From assembly GCF_032116555.1 (NCBI RefSeq), contig NZ_CP134949.1, positions 1,984,001 to 2,048,000 on the forward strand: a DNA stretch of 64,000 nucleotides, given 5' to 3'. Positions 38,496-48,999 of the stretch are shown piece after piece. The notes under the pieces are model-generated. The model had not been told where the DNA came from. It made no database searches and worked only from the letters and a program-made list of their open reading frames with translations. Source of the DNA: Halorarum halobium. Lineage in GTDB: Archaea; Halobacteriota; Halobacteria; Halobacteriales; Haloferacaceae. The stretch's first letter is position 1, and every line of letters begins with the position of its first letter. A program made the translations under genes and the position numbers.

Positions 38496-40220
38496 TCAGT
38501 CGGCCCCCTTCTCCCCGCGCTCGGGCGCTGCAGCGGCGGCGAACCGCGAGAGGTCGACGTCGGCGGCGGCGACCGCGTCGCTGGCCTCCTCGGGCGAGTC
38601 GTACGGGCGGTTCACGACGATGTCGCCCGCGGTCCCCTTCCCGACGCCGGGGATGGCCGTGAGTTCGTCCATCGACGCGCCGTTCAGATCGAGCGGGTAC
38701 GGCACCGCCGTCACGGAGCGATGGCCCCAGTCGACGACCGCGACGTCGACCGTGCGGCCGAGTTCGCGCTCGCCGGGAACGCCGACGAGGATCGGGTAGG
38801 TGCCCAGCTGCCGGCCGAACGTGGTGCCACGCTCGTGGTACTCGAGGTGGACGTCGGGCAGGACCGTCCCGGGCGGCATCACCCGTTCGAGCATCGGGCG
38901 GTCGACCGTCTCCCGGACCTTCGTCTTGTACCGCTGGAACTGCTTCTTGTGGTCGCGGGCGAGTTGCGCGCCGGTCTCGGCCATCTCGGTGCCCTCGAAC
39001 GCCATCAGCTGCCGGATGTTCACGCGGCGGAGCATGAGCCCCTCGTCCATCACGTCCCGGAGGAAGCGCCGGTTGTGCTCGAACGTCTCCTCGGTCTCCC
39101 CCTCGAGTCCGTGGACCAGGTTGATGCCGGGGAGCAGTTTCGGCAGGCGCGTCCCGCGCTCGTCGTCGGGTCGCCAGCCGGCCGCCTCGTTGACGACGCG
39201 GACGGCGTCGAGACACTCCTCCGCGGAGACGAGGAGGTTGTTCGCCTCGCGAACCTCGGGGTCGGCCGATTCCAGGCCGAACGCCGCGGTGTCGCCGGGC
39301 GTGTTGTGCTCGGCGATGATCCGGATTCCCTCCCGCGAGGCCTCCGGGTAGTCGGTGATCGTCACGGGGTTCATGTTGTCGAGGTGGAGCGTCTCCAGGT
39401 CGGGTGCGACCTCGCGGATGCCGCCGTACAGTTGGCGGAGCGCGTCGGGGTTGGGGGCCTCGCCGTCGCCGCCGAACGCGAGGATGTCCGCCTGTCGGCC
39501 GATCCGGAAGTGGGCGACGCCGTGGTCCGAGAGCGCGTCGACCTCCGAGACGACGTCCGGGGCAGACCGGAAGTCCGGGTCGCCGTACAGCGGCTCGGTG
39601 CAAAACGAGCAGCGGTACGCACAGCCCCGGGAGGTCTCGAGTTCGGCGATGAGGTAGTCGGGGTGGTTGGGGTGCTGCTCGACGACGAACGCGCCCATGC
39701 TCGACCAGCGCGTCACCTCGTCGTAGTCGCGGATACGGTTGCCGAATCCCTCCAGGCCGGCCTCCACGAGGTCGAAGGCGGCCGCCTCCACGTCGCCCAT
39801 CGCGACGAAGTCGTAGTCGAGGTCGTCCCGCTCCATCTCCTGTGCGCCGGCGTTCTCGTCGCCGACGCCGAAGCGGACCGGGCCGCCCAGCAGCGTGACG
39901 CCGTCGGCGGTCCAGGCGAGTTCCCGGACCTCGTCGGGTTCCGCGGGGGTGCCGCCGACGTACTTCCCGGGGACGGTCATCCCGCCGACGTAGATCATGA
40001 GGTCGGCGTCGGCGACGTCGGCCCACTTCCGGCGGTTCTCGCGGAGTTCGTCGATGGTGTGGTAGGTGATCCCCGACTCGGGGACGCCGGCGTCGACGAG
40101 CGCACCGGCGGTAAAACGGGGGTAGGTGGAGATGTAGGGAGGGACGCCGAAGTGCGCCGGCTCGTCCACGTAGCCGTCGACGATGGTGACCGAGAGGTCG
40201 GCGGGAGCGGGCGCGGTCAT
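38496..40220 (-). CDS. Radical SAM protein with TRAM and C-terminal helix-hairpin-helix (COG1031-like)
   Basis: DGYVDEPAHFGVPPYI, GCAYRCSFC (CxxxCxxC), GRQLGTYPILVG, IPGVGKGTA. Confidence 0.88.
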   Translation of the reverse strand: MTAPAPADLSVTIVDGYVDEPAHFGVPPYISTYPRFTAGALVDAGVPESGITYHTIDELRENRRKWADVADADLMIYVGGMTVPGKYVGGTPAEPDEVRELAWTADGVTLLGGPVRFGVGDENAGAQEMERDDLDYDFVAMGDVEAAAFDLVEAGLEGFGNRIRDYDEVTRWSSMGAFVVEQHPNHPDYLIAELETSRGCAYRCSFCTEPLYGDPDFRSAPDVVSEVDALSDHGVAHFRIGRQADILAFGGDGEAPNPDALRQLYGGIREVAPDLETLHLDNMNPVTITDYPEASREGIRIIAEHNTPGDTAAFGLESADPEVREANNLLVSAEECLDAVRVVNEAAGWRPDDERGTRLPKLLPGINLVHGLEGETEETFEHNRRFLRDVMDEGLMLRRVNIRQLMAFEGTEMAETGAQLARDHKKQFQRYKTKVRETVDRPMLERVMPPGTVLPDVHLEYHERGTTFGRQLGTYPILVGVPGERELGRTVDVAVVDWGHRSVTAVPYPLDLNGASMDELTAIPGVGKGTAGDIVVNRPYDSPEEASDAVAAADVDLSRFAAAAAPERGEKGAD

Positions 40221-40358
40221 GTGGCGACGTGGGGCGTCGAGCGGCTAAAACCGTGCGGTCTGGTCGATCGGTGTCCGTCGTCATCGAGACCGAACACTCC
40301 ACCCAGCACACATGCCCGAAAGGGCACTCGTTAAGTGTGCGCCCTCGTACCATCAGGT

Positions 40359-41264
40359 ATGACCGAGACGGACCTCGAAGACCTCAAGCGCGGGACCGAC
40401 CTCGTCAAGCGGGGGTTCGCGCGGATGCAGAAGGGCGGCGTCATCATGGACGTCGTCGACCCCGAACAGGCGCGCATCGCGGAGGACGCCGGCGCAGTCG
40501 CCGTCATGTCGCTGGAAGCCGTACCGGCGGACATCCGGAAGCGGGGTGGCGTGGCACGGATGGCCGACCCTGGAAAGCTGGAGGAGATCATCGATGAGGT
40601 GTCGATCCCGGTGATGGGCAAGTGCCGAATCGGCCACACGGCCGAGGCACAGATCCTCGAGGCGACCGGCGCGGACATGGTCGACGAGTCCGAGGTGCTC
40701 ACCACCGCGGACGAGCGCTACCACATCGACAAGCGCGAGTTCACCGCGCCGTTCGTCTGTGGCGCGCGGAACCTCGGCGAGGCGCTCCGTCGGATCGACG
40801 AGGGCGCGGCGATGATCCGGACGAAGGGCGAGGCAGGGACGGGCGACGTGAACCAGGCCGTGACCCACCAGCGCTCCATCCAGCGCTCCATCCGGAAGCT
40901 CTCGGGCATGAGCTTCGAGGAGCGCGACGAGTGGGCCCGGAAGAACGAGGCGCCGCGCGACCTCGTCCACGAGACCGCCGAGATGGGTCGACTCCCGGTC
41001 GTCAACTTCGCCGCCGGCGGCATCGCCACGCCCGCGGACGCCGCGCTGATGATGCAGCACGGCTGTGACGGCATCTTCGTCGGCTCGGGCATCTTCGGCG
41101 CCGAGGACCCCACGAAGATGGGAACCGCCATCGTCCGCGCCGTCAACAACTACGACGACCCGGAGACGCTGAAGGAGATCGCCAAAGGGCTCGGCAAGGG
41201 GATGAAGGGCCAGGCGAACGAGACGATGCCCGAGGAGGAGAAGCTCCAGGGCCGCGGCGTCTGA
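40359..41264 (+). CDS. pdxS: Pyridoxal 5'-phosphate synthase lyase subunit
   Basis: [44 protein letters not shown]. Confidence 0.97.
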   Translation: MTETDLEDLKRGTDLVKRGFARMQKGGVIMDVVDPEQARIAEDAGAVAVMSLEAVPADIRKRGGVARMADPGKLEEIIDEVSIPVMGKCRIGHTAEAQILEATGADMVDESEVLTTADERYHIDKREFTAPFVCGARNLGEALRRIDEGAAMIRTKGEAGTGDVNQAVTHQRSIQRSIRKLSGMSFEERDEWARKNEAPRDLVHETAEMGRLPVVNFAAGGIATPADAALMMQHGCDGIFVGSGIFGAEDPTKMGTAIVRAVNNYDDPETLKEIAKGLGKGMKGQANETMPEEEKLQGRGV

Positions 41265-41436
41265 CCGCCCGTCTCCTCGGGCCGCCCCGCACCGTTGGAT
41301 TGCCCGCACCGTCAGTTCCCCGCCGTTCGTCGACCGCTTGTAATCACCCGGCGAGCACCGGCCCCGCGGTTATGACGGGCAGGTGCAATGGTACGCGCGG
41401 ACGGTGGGGCGTTCGATCCCACCGGTTCCACCAGCG

Positions 41437-41970
41437 ATGGACAGGAGCACCATCCGGACGGTCTGTGTCGTCGCGCTCATCGTCTGTGGGTTCGGTGCCG
41501 GCCCCGCGGCCGCCGGCGGATCCGACGCCACGCAGGTCACGCGAACACAGCCAGCCGCGTCCGCGAACGTCGCGGGCTCGGGCACTGGAGGGGTCCAGCC
41601 CGGACTCACGAACCGCGCGCCACAGGCGAACGGGTCGAACGGCCCGTTCGACCTCTCGATCAGGAACCTCACGCGGTGTGGAGTGAACTGTCGGCAGGTC
41701 ACCGTGACCCTGTCGAACGCGGGCGACGTCACCGCCGAGAACGTCACCGTCACCAGCACGGTCCTGGCCGGCGACCGGACCGTCGTCGTGCGGCGGACGC
41801 GCATCGACCGGCTCCCGCCCAACGAGAGCGTCACCAGGACCATCACCGTCTCGGTCGGCCTCCTCGACGTGCAGGCGATCCAGCGGAACGGGGGGCGCAT
41901 CACGGTCCGAACCGTGGTCTCGTCCGATCAGCACACCCAGCGGTTCGTCTCGAGTCGAAAGGTCCTCTGA
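41437..41970 (+). CDS. Hypothetical secreted protein with beta-rich (Ig/CARDB-like) domain
   Basis: N-terminal hydrophobic signal, VTVTLSNAGDVTAENV. Confidence 0.6.
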   Translation: MDRSTIRTVCVVALIVCGFGAGPAAAGGSDATQVTRTQPAASANVAGSGTGGVQPGLTNRAPQANGSNGPFDLSIRNLTRCGVNCRQVTVTLSNAGDVTAENVTVTSTVLAGDRTVVVRRTRIDRLPPNESVTRTITVSVGLLDVQAIQRNGGRITVRTVVSSDQHTQRFVSSRKVL

Positions 41971-42208
41971 GAGGGGTCAGGAGCCAGGAAGCCACGCCGT
42001 CGAGCGGACGACCCTTTTATCGGATGACGGGTCCAGTGACCCCGTGACCTGAACGCCGCCGTGGAGGGGTTCGCAGGTGTGCGGCACGCCGCTCCACGTC
42101 CACCCGGTACATTGGGCTCGACGCGCCGAAACTGCCGCGCCGGAACCGCCGCGTCGACGCCGCCGCCTGTCAGCCAGATTCATCCGCGAGCGCTGCGTAG
42201 CGCCGTCG

Positions 42209-42724
42209 ATGAGCGACGAGGGAGACGACGGCGGCGACACGGGGGTCGACGACACCGAGGGAGGTCCGCTCGCCGACCTCGACGCAGCCGAAAACCCGGT
42301 CCTCCTGTTCGACGGCGTCTGTAACCTCTGTAACGGTATCGTTCGGTTCGTCGTCCGGTTCGACGCCGCCGGGACGTTCCGGTTCGCGCCGCTCCAGTCC
42401 ACCGTCGGGCGGGCGTTGCTGGAGCGACACGACGTCGCACGCGACGGGGGCGACGGCTTCGACTCGGTCGTGCTGATAGACGGCGACGAGGCGTACCGGA
42501 AGTCGGCCGCGGCGCTCCGCGTCGCCCGCGAACTCGACGGCCCGTGGCCCCTCCTGTGGCCGCTCGTCTACCTCCCCGAGCGGCTGCGCGACCGCGTCTA
42601 CGACCTCGTCGCCGAGCATCGCTACCGGGTGTTCGGTCGGACCGACGACTGCCAGGTCCCGTCGCCGACGGTCCGGGAGCGGTTCGCCGGCCGCGCGCTC
42701 GACGATGTGGACGTCCAGGAGTAG
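42209..42724 (+). CDS. DCC-family thiol-disulfide oxidoreductase (DUF393)
   Basis: LFDGVCNLC, FAPLQS, YDLVAEHRYRVFG. Confidence 0.9.
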   Translation: MSDEGDDGGDTGVDDTEGGPLADLDAAENPVLLFDGVCNLCNGIVRFVVRFDAAGTFRFAPLQSTVGRALLERHDVARDGGDGFDSVVLIDGDEAYRKSAAALRVARELDGPWPLLWPLVYLPERLRDRVYDLVAEHRYRVFGRTDDCQVPSPTVRERFAGRALDDVDVQE

Positions 42725-43600
42725 CTACAGGAGGCTCGCACCGCTTCCGACGCCGGTCTGGTAGGCGCGCGACCCGACCCCCGCATCCGAGAAGGCCTCG
42801 ACCATCGCGCCGGCGACGCCGCGCCGCTTCTCCAGGTGACAGACCGCCAGCAGCGAGGGCCCCGCGCCGCTCACCGTCACGCCGGTCGCACCCGCATCGA
42901 GCGCCGCATCGCGCACCGCGTCGTATCCGGTGATGAGCTCCGCCCTCGCCGGCGTCACGACGGGGTCGTCCATCCCGGCGCCGACGAGCGACGGGTCAGA
43001 TCGGCACATCCCAGCGGTGAGCGACGCGGCGTTGCCGACCGTCTCGACGTGGTCCGCCATCGAGAGCGAGTCGGGGACGACCTCCCGCGCGTCACGGGTC
43101 GACACGGCGACTTCGGGGAGACACGCCACCAGCGGGACGTCGGCGTCGATTCTGGTGACCTCCTCGCCCCGGACGATCGTGAAGCCGCCGAGCAGCGACG
43201 GTGCGACGTTGTCCGCGTGGGCCGTCCCGGAGACGACCGCCTCCCCCTTCGCCGCGATCGAGACGAGTTCCTCGCGGCTGCGACCGCGGTCGTAGAGTTC
43301 GTTCAGCGCGACCGCCGCGGCCGCCGCCGACGCGGCGGACGAGCCGAGCCCGGAGGCCGGCCGGACGCCCTTGTCGATGCTGATGTGGGCCGGCGCGTCG
43401 AGCGCCTCCGCGACCGCGCCGACCGTGTTCCCCTGCGGGTCCTCCGGGATGTACTGGGCGCCGGCTCCCGTCACCTCGATGGACGTTTCGCTCGCCCGTT
43501 CGACGCTGACCGTGTCGGCCGGGCGTTCGAGCGCGACGCCGAACGTGTCGAACCCGCTTCCCAGGTTGGCGCTCGTGGCTGGTGCGCGGGCGGTGACCAT
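42725..43600 (-). CDS. thrB: Homoserine kinase
   Basis: PATSANLGSGFD, GLGSSAAS, HADNVAP, SGAGPS. Confidence 0.96.
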   Translation of the reverse strand: MVTARAPATSANLGSGFDTFGVALERPADTVSVERASETSIEVTGAGAQYIPEDPQGNTVGAVAEALDAPAHISIDKGVRPASGLGSSAASAAAAAVALNELYDRGRSREELVSIAAKGEAVVSGTAHADNVAPSLLGGFTIVRGEEVTRIDADVPLVACLPEVAVSTRDAREVVPDSLSMADHVETVGNAASLTAGMCRSDPSLVGAGMDDPVVTPARAELITGYDAVRDAALDAGATGVTVSGAGPSLLAVCHLEKRRGVAGAMVEAFSDAGVGSRAYQTGVGSGASLL

Positions 43601-43654
43601 GGGAGACCGGTGTGATGGGGTGGCCAAAAGGGTTCGCGTTCGACTGAACTGGTC

Positions 43655-43903
43655 CTACGAGTCGGCCGTCACGTACAGCAGCGGCCCGACGACGACGAGC
43701 ACGATGCCAAGGAAGAGGTAGTGTACCGGCACCAGCGTCTGTGGCGTGAGCAGGAAGATGACGCCAAAGAGGATCGTGTTCAGTGCGAGCACCTGTCGGG
43801 AGAGCGGCAGCGTCGCCACCGTCGCCAGAACGAACCCGAGCAGGAGCGCCTGCCCCACGTTATAATCGAGCAGGAAACTGTCGACGAGCTGTAGCGGCAG
43901 CAT
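43655..43903 (-). CDS. Small 3-TM membrane protein
   Basis: Hydrophobic 82-aa ORF with ATG start. Confidence 0.7.
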   Translation of the reverse strand: MLPLQLVDSFLLDYNVGQALLLGFVLATVATLPLSRQVLALNTILFGVIFLLTPQTLVPVHYLFLGIVLVVVGPLLYVTADS

Positions 43904-44014
43904 TCTTACCCCGATTTGACTCCGGGGCCCGCATTAACGTTCCGTTCTTTCGTCCGGGCTCGACCCCCGGATCGACGACGAGCGAGCGGTCTCACTCCCG
44001 GGGCCTTGCGCCGG

Positions 44015-44269
44015 TCACTCGTCGCGGTCGTCACCGCGTTCGGCCGTCGGACCGGTGATGTCCAGCGGTCTGATCCACCCGTACCAGACGAGAAAGACCG
44101 TCCCGCCGTACCCCAGGATGAACACGAGCCGACCGAACTCGTTGTAGCCCATCACGCCGAGCTGGCGGCGGATGATTCCGGTTCCGGCGATGCCGACCAG
44201 CAGCACGACCGCGAGGAGGAGATGGTCGCGCGGGAGCAGCGTCCGCCAGTCGCTCTCGGAGTCGCCCAT
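44015..44269 (-). CDS. Small 2-TM membrane protein
   Basis: Two TM helices, WYGWIRPLDITG. Confidence 0.7.
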   Translation of the reverse strand: MGDSESDWRTLLPRDHLLLAVVLLVGIAGTGIIRRQLGVMGYNEFGRLVFILGYGGTVFLVWYGWIRPLDITGPTAERGDDRDE

Positions 44270-44432
44270 GCGCCAGCCTGGGAGCCCCTCGCAGGTGAAC
44301 CCCTCGGTTCGGCCCGGGCGACGGTCCCGACGGCGACCGGAGCCGATCGCCGAACTGACTGTCGCGAGTGGACCGTGTCACCGGCTCCCGAGCCGACGGA
44401 AGGGCTATACGCCGCGGGTTTCGAGCGGTCCC

Positions 44433-45662
44433 ATGGACTACGCCACGGTCCCCGACGACCACGAGGAGACGTATGGCAGGGTCCTCTCGTACGCGTTCTC
44501 CCCCGAGCGCGGCCCCGACCCCGACGTGGAGGGTCCGGACCGGCCCGAATCGTTCCACCGGCGCGGCGTGTACGACGTTCCCGACGGCTCGTCCCCGGCG
44601 GAGCACGAGGCGACCGATCTGGCCGCCGTCTGTGGCTACTACGACTTTTCGGGGCGAATTCGCGGCGCCTTTCGCCGGGTGGGCGGGGTGTCCGCCGTCG
44701 CTTCGCCGCCGGAACGTCGGCGGGGCGGCACCGTCCGCGAGATGCTCGGGGAACTGCACGCGGAGTTCAGGTCCGAGGGCATCGACTTCGCCGCGCTCTG
44801 GCCGTTCAAGTACTCCTTCTACCGACGGCTCGGGTACGCGCGGGTGAACGACTACGCCCGGCTGACCCTGCCGCCCGACGAACTCGACGGCGCGGTTCCG
44901 CGACCGGCGGGGGCGTTCGTCCGACTCGCGCCCGACGACTGGGAGCGGCTCGATGCCGTCCACGCTGCCGCAGCCACCGAGCCGCTCGGGCTCGACCGGA
45001 CCGAGGGCTGGTGGAGACGGCGGGTCTTTCGGTCCTGGCGGACCGACCCGTTCGTCTACGGCTGGGAGCGAAACGGGGAGCTCCGCGGCTACGTCGTCTA
45101 CACGGTCGAGGAGGGAGACGACGACGGGAAGACGTTCCTGGCGCAGGAGCTGGTCGGCGTCGACGAACGAGCGCGTCGCCACCTCCTGCGCTTCGCCCGG
45201 AACCACGACTCCCAGGTCGAGCGAATCAGGTTCACGGCGCGGGCCGACACGCGCCTGTTCGATCGCCTTGAGGACCCCGGGTCGGTCGAGACGGAGATCA
45301 AGCCGGGACCGATGTTCAGACTCGTGGACGTCGCGGCGGGCCTGTCCGCGGTCTCGTATCCGGCTCACGTCGCCGGCGAGGCGGTTCTGGACGTGACCGA
45401 CGACCACTGCGACTGGAACGACGACACCTTCCGCCTCTCGCTGGCCGACGGTTCCGCGACCTGCGAGCGGGTGGCCGGCGGAGCCGACGCCGACGTCTCG
45501 CTTGGGGTCGGTGCGCTCTCCAGGCTGGCGGTCGGCTCGCACTCGCTCGACCGACTGGTCGAACTCGACTCGATCGCGGTCGAACCCGGCGGCGAGGACG
45601 CTCGCGTGACGCTCGAGGCGGCGTTCCCCGGGACGGAGCCGTTCCTCCGTGAAGGGTTCTGA
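44433..45662 (+). CDS. Eis-like GNAT acetyltransferase with SCP2-like C-terminus
   Basis: VASPPERRRGG, ALWPFKYSFYRRLGY, MFRLVDV, C-terminal F. Confidence 0.88.
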   Translation: MDYATVPDDHEETYGRVLSYAFSPERGPDPDVEGPDRPESFHRRGVYDVPDGSSPAEHEATDLAAVCGYYDFSGRIRGAFRRVGGVSAVASPPERRRGGTVREMLGELHAEFRSEGIDFAALWPFKYSFYRRLGYARVNDYARLTLPPDELDGAVPRPAGAFVRLAPDDWERLDAVHAAAATEPLGLDRTEGWWRRRVFRSWRTDPFVYGWERNGELRGYVVYTVEEGDDDGKTFLAQELVGVDERARRHLLRFARNHDSQVERIRFTARADTRLFDRLEDPGSVETEIKPGPMFRLVDVAAGLSAVSYPAHVAGEAVLDVTDDHCDWNDDTFRLSLADGSATCERVAGGADADVSLGVGALSRLAVGSHSLDRLVELDSIAVEPGGEDARVTLEAAFPGTEPFLREGF

Positions 45663-45678
45663 AGGGCCCTCGGGTCGG

Positions 45679-46218
45679 TCACTCCCCGCGCCGGGGTTCG
45701 CGGATCAGCGAGTCCTCGTCGACCCAGTAGACGACGTTCGCGTCCGACCAGTCCGCGTGGACGACGGTCGCGGTCGCGCTCCCCGTCGACTCGCCGCCGG
45801 TGTTCGAGTGGCCGGTACAGGACACGACGACGCGCCAGCCGACGCTCGTGTTCGCCGCGCCATCGATCTCACACGCCAGGCTGACGTCGCTGTGCTCGTT
45901 CGTCCACAGCTGGTTGTACGCGTAGCGGTACTCGTGGGTCCTGACGAACTCGCGGGCGGACTCGGCCGTCAACTCCTCGGGACGCTCGGGACGGTCCTTC
46001 GGGCCGGCCGGGAACGCGACGGTTCGGTCGGGCAGCGGGGTGGGCCGGCCGTCAGTGGTCGTCGACGGCTCGTCCGCGGGGGAGCCGTCAGTGACCGACG
46101 TCGGAGTCGGCGTCGGCCGATCAGTCGGCGCCGGTTCACCACCAGGCACGGAGCCGAGGCAGCCGGCGGTCACGAGCAACGTCGCCGCGAGCGCGGCGAG
46201 GAGGGCACGTCGTCGCAT
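45679..46218 (-). CDS. Tat-exported lipoprotein
   Basis: MRRRALL ... TAGC lipobox, Pro/Thr linker. Confidence 0.8.
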   Translation of the reverse strand: MRRRALLAALAATLLVTAGCLGSVPGGEPAPTDRPTPTPTSVTDGSPADEPSTTTDGRPTPLPDRTVAFPAGPKDRPERPEELTAESAREFVRTHEYRYAYNQLWTNEHSDVSLACEIDGAANTSVGWRVVVSCTGHSNTGGESTGSATATVVHADWSDANVVYWVDEDSLIREPRRGE

Positions 46219-46321
46219 CGGACGTCGGGACGACGAGAAGGGAGCGGTAAACGCTTTGTCCCGATCCGTTCGGTCGGCCGTCCCGGATCGTCGGTCCACA
46301 CCGGCGGCACAAACCGGCGGA

Positions 46322-47137
46322 TCACTCGGTCGTCGTGAGGAAGAACGACGTCGCGGTGGCAGCCAGGACCGTGCCGATCGGCGCGGCGACGAGCGCGGCC
46401 AGCAGGACTCCAGAGATCCCGACCGCGTACGCGAGGCCGCTCACGACGGGCGAGCAGACGAGAACCAGCACCGCGTAACCGAGGGTGAACAGCGCGTAGG
46501 GCGCAGAGCCCGCGAGCGAGACGCTCCGCGAGAGCGCGTCGCCGAAGCCGCAGTTCCGGGCGACTGCGACGAACGGCGTCCCGTAGATCGCGTAGAGGAC
46601 GGGGAGCGCGAGCAGGATGCCGACGAGGACGACCGCCGCGGATCCACCCGACGCGAGCGTCACCAGCGCGAGCAACAGCACGCCGAGCACGACGAGCACC
46701 TCGTAGGCGAGAACCGGCACGAAGTGCCGGCTGACCGCGGTCGTGAACGCCGGTGGCTCGCCGTCGGCGATGATCCCGGCCAGCACGCCGAGCAGTCCCG
46801 CACCGAGTACGGCGCGCACGAGCGTTCCGACGAGCAGCGTAGCGATTTCCGGCGCGCCGACGGTCCCGACGGCACCCCCCGTCACGCCCACCGCGGGCGT
46901 CGCGTTCAGGAACGCCCAGAGGTCGGGAACGGGCGAGGGAAGTCCGAGCGTGAACGAGATGACCTGGGTACTCGCCAGGAGGTCGTCGAGCCTGCCGAAG
47001 CCAAGGAGCGTCGAGACGAGCGGGACGAGGACGAGAAAGGGCGCTTCCGCGACGGCGTCGACGCCGCGTGAGAGGTGGTGAGGGAAGTCGTCACGGTCCT
47101 CGTCGGGGGCAGTCGCGGTACCGGTGGAGGGCGACAT
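46322..47137 (-). CDS. Multi-pass membrane protein
   Basis: About 6 hydrophobic segments. Confidence 0.7.
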   Translation of the reverse strand: MSPSTGTATAPDEDRDDFPHHLSRGVDAVAEAPFLVLVPLVSTLLGFGRLDDLLASTQVISFTLGLPSPVPDLWAFLNATPAVGVTGGAVGTVGAPEIATLLVGTLVRAVLGAGLLGVLAGIIADGEPPAFTTAVSRHFVPVLAYEVLVVLGVLLLALVTLASGGSAAVVLVGILLALPVLYAIYGTPFVAVARNCGFGDALSRSVSLAGSAPYALFTLGYAVLVLVCSPVVSGLAYAVGISGVLLAALVAAPIGTVLAATATSFFLTTTE

Positions 47138-47201
47138 GAACGACCCCACACCGAGGGGCCCCGTAAGTATCACGGAGTGGCGAGGTCGCCGGATCCGATC
47201 C

Positions 47202-47942
47202 CTACGCTAGCGTTCGAACGGCACGGTCGACGATGGCTCGTTCGAAGGTCCAGAACCCGGAGAACGTTCCCGCCTCGCGCTCCTCGGCGACGAGCGCGAA
47301 CGACCACTCGTCCTCGTCGGTATCGTCCTCGTCGGTATCGTCCTCGCTGGCATCGAACAACAGGAACCAGTATCGGCCGATCTGCTCCGCCGGTTCGGTG
47401 TGGAACGTAGCGGGCCACACCGGGAGGTCGTCGGTCGGCGCGTCGGGGACCGCGTACACGTGGACGTCGAGGTCGGTCTCGTCGGCCAGGCGGCGATACG
47501 TCGGCTCCTGTTCCCGGAACGCCACGACGGACTGGAAGCCGACCCGAAGCGTTCCGCGACCGCGCCGGTAGGCCTGTCCCTCGAGTTCCCGGGAGGCCGC
47601 CAGCAGCTGTCGCCTGTTCAGCGAGCCGAACACGGTGTCGTCGAGGAGTTCGAACAGGCTCCGGTACTCGGGCGGGAGCAGGTCGAGGTCCCAGGGCGCG
47701 CGGATCGGCGGGGAGAGGAAGCCGTCGAGTCGCTCGCGCCCGATGGCACACCGGAACCGATCCCCGTCGCGGAGAACGACGAACTCTTCGTCGATCACCT
47801 CCGGCAACGGCCGTCGCTCCACGGTGACGTTTCGCGTTTCGAACTGCCCGAGCAGCGCCGAGTCCACGGCCCCGTAGACGGTCAGCGACGGCCTGCGCTC
47901 CTCGGCCTCGGACAACAGGTCGCCGAGCGTCGGGTCGCTCAT
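47202..47942 (-). CDS. DICT sensory domain protein
   Basis: SRELE, GTLRVGFQ, VHVYA, WFLLFD, FSGFWTF. Confidence 0.8.
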   Translation of the reverse strand: MSDPTLGDLLSEAEERRPSLTVYGAVDSALLGQFETRNVTVERRPLPEVIDEEFVVLRDGDRFRCAIGRERLDGFLSPPIRAPWDLDLLPPEYRSLFELLDDTVFGSLNRRQLLAASRELEGQAYRRGRGTLRVGFQSVVAFREQEPTYRRLADETDLDVHVYAVPDAPTDDLPVWPATFHTEPAEQIGRYWFLLFDASEDDTDEDDTDEDEWSFALVAEEREAGTFSGFWTFERAIVDRAVRTLA

Positions 47943-47988
47943 CTCCCGCCACCGATCGGGCACGGTTCGGTCGCCCGCCGTCCGCCCG

Positions 47989-48405
47989 TCATCCCGACCG
48001 GACCGACTCGAGGAACGATTCGTACTCCACGGCCGCCCGGATGATCTCCCGAACCGGGGCGGCGACCGGGACGAGTCGTACGTCGTCCGCGTCCGCGTCG
48101 TGGACGACGAGCCCCGCGTCCTCAAGCATCGGGATGTGCCCGTGATGGAGTCGGATGCTGACGTCCTCGTGTTCGGCAGGTCCGACGGGAGCGCCGGAAC
48201 TCGTCGCCCGCCAGCCGCTCAACACGTCGGCGAGTTCCCCGGTCGAGACGGTCCCGCCGTGCAGGAGGTACCACAGCGTTCGCCGCCTGGTCTCGTCGCT
48301 CAGGGCCCTGTAGAGGTCGTCGGCCGCCGGCGACGCGACGGGGCCGTTCGGCTCAGCCGGGTCGTTCTCGCTCCGGTGCTCCGGTGGGGTATCGTCCCGG
48401 TTCAT
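47989..48405 (-). CDS. Haloarchaeal HTH protein (DUF7344-like)
   Basis: ALSDETRRRTL, ELAD, LHHGHIPMLEDAGLV. Confidence 0.8.
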   Translation of the reverse strand: MNRDDTPPEHRSENDPAEPNGPVASPAADDLYRALSDETRRRTLWYLLHGGTVSTGELADVLSGWRATSSGAPVGPAEHEDVSIRLHHGHIPMLEDAGLVVHDADADDVRLVPVAAPVREIIRAAVEYESFLESVRSG

Positions 48406-48849
48406 CGGTGATCCGGCCCGTCCGATGGTGAACGGACGGGAGCGAGTTCAATAGTGGTTCCGACCGATTAGTCATCTGATATGCGGGCTGCCGGACGTCG
48501 ATCGATAGGTAGGACGATGGGAGACCGGTCCGTCTTCTCGCTCGCTGTCCCGGTCCGTGCGAGGGTCTGTGGCCGTGCTCGCCACCGAACAGGGCCGGGT
48601 TTCCGCGGGTGACGTGCGCGCCGCAGTTCCGGCCTCGGACGCGGTGTGCGCGGCCCCCGGCCGGACGGTGCTCCCGCGGACTACCCCGTTTCGGCCAAGG
48701 ATGATCGCGTGACTGCTTCGGGGGTATGAACAACGCACCCGAGATTAGCCGCAGACTCTGCGTCTCGGTTCCGTTAGAACGCGGAAATTGGGTGGCTGGG
48801 GAGCCGACGGCCCCAATTCCTCCCGACCGGAGACCAGTCGGGACGGATA

Positions 48850-48923
48850 TGGGCCAACACGGATTTGAACCGTGGACCTCCCGGTTATCAGCCGAGCGCT
48901 CAACCTGACTGAGCTATTGGCCC
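48850..48923 (-). tRNA. tRNA-Ile (GAU)
   Basis: Reverse complement GGGCCAATAGCTCAGTCAGGTTGAGCGCTCGGCTGATAACCGGGAGGTCCACGGTTCAAATCCGTGTTGGCCCA folds as a cloverleaf with anticodon GAT; CCA not encoded. Confidence 0.97.
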
Positions 48924-48999
48924 AGGTGAGCGCATTCAACGATTGCCGGGGGACTCGTTTAAGCGTTTCCGTTCGGCAACGGCCTCACGTCATGCGTTC

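Noticed and set aside
40359..41264. pdxS without adjacent pdxT
   Set aside because: The two genes are often unlinked, and absence from this window says nothing about the genome.
44000..48923. Possible island integrated at tRNA-Ile
   Set aside because: No integrase, no duplicated tRNA 3' end seen, and no obvious compositional shift.
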